A stretch of DNA of 64,000 bases from an uncultured Verrucomicrobiae bacterium (lineage in GTDB: Bacteria; Verrucomicrobiota; Verrucomicrobiia; Palsa-1439). The stretch lies in assembly GCA_963842185.1 (NCBI GenBank), contig CAWJFL010000015.1:1233-65232 (forward strand). Direction: 5' to 3'. Of the stretch, positions 59,146 to 64,000 are shown in pieces. Numbering within the stretch: position 1 is the first letter of the stretch; each line of letters begins with the position of its first letter. Below the pieces are notes generated by a model. The model made no database searches, had not been told where the DNA came from, and saw nothing but the letters and a program-made list of their open reading frames with translations. The position numbers and the translations under genes were made by a program.

Positions 59146-59244
59146 TTGGGCCGGGAGTATAGAAGATGCGCCGTGCCGCCGTCACCAGCTTTTTTCCAGT
59201 GGCCACGAGCCGCCGGGCGTGGTATTCTGGCTGAGTTGAGGGAG

Positions 59245-59318
59245 GGCGGGTTAGCCAAGTGGTAAGGCGGGAGTCTGCAAAACTCCTATCGTGAGTTCGA
59301 TTCTCACACCCGCCTCCA
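59245..59318 (+). tRNA. tRNA-Cys: tRNA-Cys (GCA), CCA encoded
   Basis: Hand-folded cloverleaf: acceptor GGCGGGT/ACCCGCC, anticodon stem GGAGT/ACTCC with loop CTGCAAA, T arm GTGAG-TTCGATT-CTCAC, discriminator U73. Confidence 0.9.
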
Positions 59319-59389
59319 ACCTTCTACCCCTGCAATTCCAAGGAGTTGCAGGGGATTTGCCTTTTCGGATGTGAATTGCGATGGCGGCA

Positions 59390-59413
59390 GTGGATACCAC
59401 ACGTGGATACCAC
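59390..59413. repeat. tandem GTGGATACCAC x2 (2 nt spacer)
   Basis: Read directly; 72 nt downstream of tRNA-Cys. Confidence 0.8.
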
Positions 59414-59522
59414 TAGATTTTCATTAGCCGCGCTTTGCTCTTGTGGACCGTGGAGACCGTCATCATCGATTTTGGGCCGTACTGTGCGCCGCTCAGCCCG
59501 TCACGCCTTTTTGGCAAGGTCA

Positions 59523-59565
59523 TAATCGTAAGATAATCGTAAGACGAAACCGGGTAATCGTAAGA
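59523..59565. repeat. three copies of 11-mer TAATCGTAAGA (two abutting, one 10 nt further)
   Basis: 59523-33, 59534-44, 59555-65. Confidence 0.85.
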
Positions 59566-59617
59566 TTTGCCCCGTGCCTTATGCGGCGGGTGACATGGCC
59601 CTAGAGTATCGGCCGTT

Positions 59618-62323
59618 CTACCCCACTCGGGGAGAAATGCCGTGCCGTTCAACAAAGAGACTGCCAGCCATGTCCAGCGCCAAACCGCGGTCGCCGGACC
59701 GGCAGATGTTCTCCCGCAGTTGCTCCTTGTCACTGGTGAAGATGCGGACGCCCCTCCGTCCACGGGAAATCGTCACGTACCATTGTTGTTGGTTCGTGGC
59801 CGGCCGGACGGCGGAGTCGGAAAACAAGACGTAATCCACGGTTTTGCCCTGTGACGCATACGAGGTGATGGCAAAGCCGCGAACGAACCGCCGATAAGCT
59901 GTTCCGAGCACCCTGCCGTCTTGGAGCCGGATGTGTCCGTCGGCCAGAACCTTGCCCACTGTGACCAGTTCGCCATTCACCAAGCGTTCTCCGCGCGCGG
60001 TCCTGCCATTGGCCTTCAATTGCAGGCGATCTCCAGATGCCAGAGCCATCTCGCAGGACTGGCAGACGGCCAAGCGAGACAAATGCTCGAATCGGATGAC
60101 GCGAATCTTCGTCTCACCTTCGACCACAAGCCCTTTCGTTGTGATGTGCCTCAGACGGCCCGTCTCGCCCTTGCGAAACCCGGCAGTATCCTGATTGAAC
60201 ACGAGAACGGTTTTGTCAGTGTGGAACCGTGGGTCACGTTTCTGAGCGTCTGTCAGATCGACAGATTCGAGCGCTGTGACCGTATGCTCTTCGTCGCCTA
60301 ACTGATGGCAGGACCTGAGTGCCGCCCGCACACGATCATTGACCTTGTGAATTTTCGACCAGGTTTGCGAAACGACCACAACCGAGTGTCCCTTGCCAGT
60401 GAGGTTGACATAACACTCCGCGAGTTTGTCCTGCTGGTCGAAGGGCGAACACACGATGATGGCCGATTGCTTGTCCAGACGATCAAATGATTTACTGAGA
60501 TTCCCCTCGGATGCCTCGCGAACGGCCTGCCGGTACTCTTCAATCCGCCGCCGCTCGGTCGGGGTCTTGGCCTTCGCCGGGTCTTGACGACGAATCTCGT
60601 TCAGAACAGCCGCCTTCAGGCCCGAGTACTTCTCGATGGCCCAAAGTGCGTCAGATGCTTGTACTGCTCCGTGTTGCCGGGTGTCGCCGCAGAGAATCAG
60701 ACGACCACGACCATTGCGGACGTAATGAAGAAGCCGCTGCATCTGCTCGCCTCCGATTTGGCCAGCTTCATCCACGATGACGACGGCTCCCTCTGGCATC
60801 GGCTTTCTCACGAGAAATTCGCTCACTGTCTGAACTCGGCTGAATCCATCCTGTTCCAGATCCATGACCTGTTGTCGCTGCGGCGCGATGACGTGGACGT
60901 GATGCCCGGCTCTTCGCAACCCAGCGCCGACCGCTTTCAGGGCATAGCTTTTCCCGGTGCCCGCGCCGCCGCGAAACAGCGTGAGGAAGTTACGGGAACT
61001 CAAGATGTGCTCAACGGCCGTGCGCTGTTCTGAATTGAGACTGGCGTTGCAGATCGACTGGGCATCGCCCAATGGACGAAATCGTCTGATCCCAGACTTG
61101 GCCAGACATACGATCTCCCATTCTCGCTCCAGGGCTACCTTGCTCGTAACAAGGTGTGGGCGGCGTTCGTCGCGGATGTACCCTCTGCTTTGGGTGATAT
61201 TGCGCACTTGTTCCACGGTGATGTTCTCACCGCGTGCATGTTCCAACGCATGCCGCCAAAGCTCGTATTCCGGCATAACGGCGTGGCGGTCAAATAGGTG
61301 TTCTTCTGCCCAAGTCACAGCGGCCAAGGCATTCCCGGCGATGCGGTCGCCGGGGGTGACTGACCCGCCGTGCTTCAACGACGCGATTTCCTCTTTCTCT
61401 GCGGGGGAGATTTGGCGTGTCCAGAGACTCCGCAGCTCCCCCAGCCGAACCGATTTGATCTTACGCAGCCGTTCGCTCTGGGCGATACTGTTTCGGATTT
61501 CTGGCACATTGCCCTTCGCGAGATGCGGTTTCTTGGCCAGCAGTTCGCGCGTCTTCTCGTCGATCTCCTGATGCCGCTTCGAGAATCGTTGACAGATTTC
61601 AGGGGAAACCCCCTGGACTTCAAAGTCACCGCGAGCATTGTGTTTCAGGTTGTATCCGAATGCCCTGAGTTCGCGGGCCAATTCGTGGTAATAGACGTTC
61701 TCGACGTACTTCCTTGCCCGCACCATCTCCAGGGTCTGCAGCGCCTTCCAGCGACGCTCCACCGGGTCAAATGTCGCGTTAAACACAACGCAGTGGCTAT
61801 GCAGGTGCGGGTCCAAGGCGCGAGACGTATCGTGCCGGAAGGTCCCTGCGACGATGTTGCCGGTGGGCCGGTCCGACATGCTTCCCTTGGTACGCACGCG
61901 AGTCGCCGCCAACCGCTCCAGTTCTTGGAGTGACACACGCACGGCACGGTCATGGGCGTCCACGATACGGCTGTCATTACCGATGAATGCCGCGATCGAG
62001 ACCGACTTGGGTGGCGAGAAGGTGAAATCGTAGAATACTCGACGGTTGGCCACGGTACGCGCCTCTCCGTCATCCCCGACCTCGCTGCGGGTGGTTTTGA
62101 GCCGCTGCGTGAGGAGTATGCCAGTGCGCGGGTCCAGGTTGTCACAGAGACACAGGAACTCGTCACGTTTGACCGTTTCCGAGAGATGGAGAGACTCCGC
62201 GGCTTTACCAAACCACTGCCCGGCAACGGCTACCCCTTCGCTGTAATAATCACCTGTGGACAGGTGTTCCTCGAAGTATGCCTTCGCATTGGCTAGGCTG
62301 TATTGCGCTTTTCGTGACAGCAT
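59618..62323 (-). CDS. MobF-family relaxase (TrwC-like) fused to RecD/TraA-like helicase
   Basis: Start MLSRKAQYS (like TrwC MLSHM), FTFSPPKSVS, 3-His motif HDTSRALDPHLHSHCVVFN, helicase Walker A GGAGTGKS. Confidence 0.9.
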   Translation of the reverse strand: MLSRKAQYSLANAKAYFEEHLSTGDYYSEGVAVAGQWFGKAAESLHLSETVKRDEFLCLCDNLDPRTGILLTQRLKTTRSEVGDDGEARTVANRRVFYDFTFSPPKSVSIAAFIGNDSRIVDAHDRAVRVSLQELERLAATRVRTKGSMSDRPTGNIVAGTFRHDTSRALDPHLHSHCVVFNATFDPVERRWKALQTLEMVRARKYVENVYYHELARELRAFGYNLKHNARGDFEVQGVSPEICQRFSKRHQEIDEKTRELLAKKPHLAKGNVPEIRNSIAQSERLRKIKSVRLGELRSLWTRQISPAEKEEIASLKHGGSVTPGDRIAGNALAAVTWAEEHLFDRHAVMPEYELWRHALEHARGENITVEQVRNITQSRGYIRDERRPHLVTSKVALEREWEIVCLAKSGIRRFRPLGDAQSICNASLNSEQRTAVEHILSSRNFLTLFRGGAGTGKSYALKAVGAGLRRAGHHVHVIAPQRQQVMDLEQDGFSRVQTVSEFLVRKPMPEGAVVIVDEAGQIGGEQMQRLLHYVRNGRGRLILCGDTRQHGAVQASDALWAIEKYSGLKAAVLNEIRRQDPAKAKTPTERRRIEEYRQAVREASEGNLSKSFDRLDKQSAIIVCSPFDQQDKLAECYVNLTGKGHSVVVVSQTWSKIHKVNDRVRAALRSCHQLGDEEHTVTALESVDLTDAQKRDPRFHTDKTVLVFNQDTAGFRKGETGRLRHITTKGLVVEGETKIRVIRFEHLSRLAVCQSCEMALASGDRLQLKANGRTARGERLVNGELVTVGKVLADGHIRLQDGRVLGTAYRRFVRGFAITSYASQGKTVDYVLFSDSAVRPATNQQQWYVTISRGRRGVRIFTSDKEQLRENICRSGDRGLALDMAGSLFVERHGISPRVG

Positions 62324-62351
62324 GCCTGACGTGTACCCGATCCGAGGAGAT

Positions 62352-62377
62352 AAGTTGTTCCCAAACGGGAACAACTT
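62352..62377. promoter_or_regulatory. perfect 11 bp inverted repeat AAGTTGTTCCC-AAAC-GGGAACAACTT, oriT hairpin candidate
   Basis: Lies 29 nt upstream of relaxase start in divergent intergenic region; 16 bp palindrome CCTAGCGTACGCTAGG at 62429-62444 nearby. Confidence 0.5.
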
Positions 62378-62481
62378 GTTTCGGGGCTTGTGCTTTACTG
62401 GCGCACATGAAAAGAGGACACGCAAGGCCCCTAGCGTACGCTAGGAACTTTTGTCCTAACTACATTACGAGGGGTATCCGA

Positions 62482-62886
62482 ATGAAAACCGATTCCGCAA
62501 CCGATTTGGTGGCAGCCCGATTGGCGAAAGCCATCCGAGACTATGTGCCACGGCATCCGACCAAGTTTCAGAAGCTTATGCCGATGAAAGACAGCATCGA
62601 GGAGCTGAGGAGCAAAGGGGTGTCTTACGCGGCAATCGCCGGCATCCTACGCGACATCAACGTTCCGGTCGCAAGCGACACGGTCTTTCGGTTTTGCCAC
62701 GAAGTCCTGCGCGAACCAAAGGCCCGCTACAGGCGGAAACGGAAGCCCTCGACACTGAGGGTGAGAAAACAACCGGATAAGCCTTCACCGACACCCCCTG
62801 TCCTCAGTCCCGGCGGTTCATCGCAAAAACACGACCGCTGGACGCAAGTAAACGGGCCACGCATTGCCGATCCTAACACCATATAG
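62482..62886 (+). CDS. putative DNA-binding mobilization accessory protein (134 aa)
   Basis: ATG 62482 within ORF 62278..62886; HTH-like SYAAIAGILRDINVPVASDTVFRF; basic C-terminal half ending IADPNTI. Confidence 0.5.
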   Translation: MKTDSATDLVAARLAKAIRDYVPRHPTKFQKLMPMKDSIEELRSKGVSYAAIAGILRDINVPVASDTVFRFCHEVLREPKARYRRKRKPSTLRVRKQPDKPSPTPPVLSPGGSSQKHDRWTQVNGPRIADPNTI

Positions 62887-62888
62887 CC

Positions 62889-63587
62889 ATGCAAAAGCAG
62901 ATCAATCTCATCATCAATGGCAAAGGCGGCGTCGGCAAGAGCTTCTTCGCCACAAACTTCGTTCAGTACCTCAAAGATGAGCAGGTGCCCCATATCGCCA
63001 TCGACACCGACAACGAGAACTCGACCTTGATGCGATTCCACCCGAACGCTCGGTTTGTGAACCTGGCCAACTTGCGAGAACTCGATCAACTGGTTGCGGC
63101 TGTCGAACGCGTCAGTCTCGTCGTCGTGGATTGCCGCGCCGCCTCTACAGACCTGTTCCTGAATTACTTCACCGAGTTGACGGTCTTTGATGTCCTCCAC
63201 AGCTTGGGCGCCGCTCTGACGGTGGTCTCGCCGGTCAATCACGACCTCGACAGCGTGGAGCAAATCAAAATCATCGCGAACGCGTTCGACAATCGCTGCC
63301 GATATCTCGTGGTGAAGAATCACGCCCTAACGGAGCACCTCACCATCTACGACGCCAGCAAAACCCGGAAGCGATTGCTCAACGAACTGGCGGCGAAGGA
63401 AATGACCATGCCAAAACTGCACGACTGGTTGGTTGCGTTGCTACACCAGGCCAATCTTCCTGTCGGGCAAGGGATTCAGTACCAGAAATTCTCCCTCATG
63501 GACCGTCAGCGGCTCAAGAACTGGCAGCGGCAGTTTCACGAACAAATCAGCACTGTCCGTCAGATCATTTTGCCGGGTGAGCCATGA
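62889..63587 (+). CDS. ParA/MinD-like P-loop ATPase
   Basis: Deviant Walker A INGKGGVGKS, IDTDNEN. Confidence 0.85.
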   Translation: MQKQINLIINGKGGVGKSFFATNFVQYLKDEQVPHIAIDTDNENSTLMRFHPNARFVNLANLRELDQLVAAVERVSLVVVDCRAASTDLFLNYFTELTVFDVLHSLGAALTVVSPVNHDLDSVEQIKIIANAFDNRCRYLVVKNHALTEHLTIYDASKTRKRLLNELAAKEMTMPKLHDWLVALLHQANLPVGQGIQYQKFSLMDRQRLKNWQRQFHEQISTVRQIILPGEP

Positions 63588-63669
63588 GCGAAGCCGATCC
63601 AAAACAGGCGCTGGAGAACGCCATTCTGGAATGTGGCGGAAGAACTACAATGTTCAGGACGGCGATCCG

Positions 63670-63843
63670 ATGACCCGACGTCACAAGAGGCGGAAGGTGC
63701 CGAGCCGAGTCCCGCGTAAGCGGGCGTGCCAGAAACCGCGTGAGGTTCGCATAACAGCCACCAGCAACAAAACCCCCAACGAGACAGTCCCCGGCACCGA
63801 GCTTTCGACTGGGGCACAAATCGCCGATGTTAACACGATCTAG
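63670..63843 (+). CDS. small basic protein (57 aa) ending IADVNTI
   Basis: ATGA-coupled chain: ParA stop/29-aa ORF start at 63584-87, 29-aa ORF stop/this start at 63670-73. Confidence 0.35.
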   Translation: MTRRHKRRKVPSRVPRKRACQKPREVRITATSNKTPNETVPGTELSTGAQIADVNTI

Positions 63844-63913
63844 GTATATCCGAGCGCCCAACCCTCCCGGCATCGACTGGTTTGCTGTCGTCATCGACAC
63901 GAGAAAGAGGATT

Positions 63914-64000
63914 GTGAAAACCTTCTATCCGTGTGTAGAGCCGAAAAAGGGAGAAATTCTGTGGCAGCCAAGCGGGCAGAGCAGGTCGCCTTCGACTATG
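63914..64000 (+). CDS. 5' end of an unidentified element gene (runs off window)
   Basis: GAGG RBS-like then GTG 63914; open to window end. Confidence 0.25.
   Translation, partial: MKTFYPCVEPKKGEILWQPSGQSRSPSTM

Larger units (their letters stand above)
59319..64000. mobile_element. integrative mobilizable/conjugative element fragment adjacent to tRNA-Cys (continues beyond window)
   Basis: MobF relaxase, ParA-like ATPase, accessory genes, repeat clusters begin right after tRNA 3' end; no integrase or second att copy inside window. Confidence 0.55.

Noticed and set aside
56204-59318. cysE, cysteine desulfurase and tRNA-Cys as a functional cysteine supercluster
   Set aside because: The genes are separated by an opposite-strand GT2 gene, and the tRNA has its own context. 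This is most simply coincidence, with no shared regulatory signal seen.
59606-59620. GTTCTACCCCAC near the relaxase stop as another motif copy
   Set aside because: It lacks the left arm, lies in or at coding sequence, and has a mismatch in the TACCCCAT core. It is a chance-level match.
59413-59763. 116-aa minus-strand ORF next to tRNA-Cys as a possible excisionase or integrase remnant
   Set aside because: It overlaps the relaxase 3' end and the repeat clusters, has no recombinase motifs, and has odd composition.

Overview
This is 64 kb of high-GC bacterial chromosome (about 60% by eye). The protein styles (HU, PD40 and TPR proteins, ExbBD/TonB-like, RND pump) hint at a PVC-superphylum or Verrucomicrobia-like host, but that is a guess.

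Backbone genes:
- a pit fragment, ilvD and a deoA-punA-cdd nucleoside operon
- a family-B DNA polymerase, TPR and membrane proteins, and hup
- exbB-exbD plus a TonB-like gene
- tetR with an RND efflux pair, a nitroreductase and a sigma-70 factor
- an xfp-ackA-glgP carbon module and cbpA-cbpM
- a HisKA_3/NarL two-component system next to desaturase and acyltransferase genes
- a GT4 + GH130 pair, hemW, cysE, a cysteine desulfurase, a GT2 and tRNA-Cys

Accessory content:
1. A 6.1 kb large-serine-recombinase element sits inside a broken maf gene (46.5-52.6 kb). It carries a primase-helicase replication module and a dense iteron array.
2. A MobF-relaxase/ParA-like mobilizable element starts right after tRNA-Cys and runs off the window.
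3. A minimal nucleotidyltransferase gene is inserted behind cdd, between 140 bp direct repeats of the cdd 3' end.
4. An orphan small-gene island lies at 22.8-26.2 kb.

Recurrent intergenic palindromic motifs and a duplicated 57 nt leader suggest a small regulon around the two-component system.

At least five conserved genes carry single-base frame disruptions, one of them in an A7T5 run. Indel-type assembly error is therefore a serious possibility.

I saw no rRNA, CRISPR array or classical IS transposase. All homology statements come from motif recognition by eye, not from searches.
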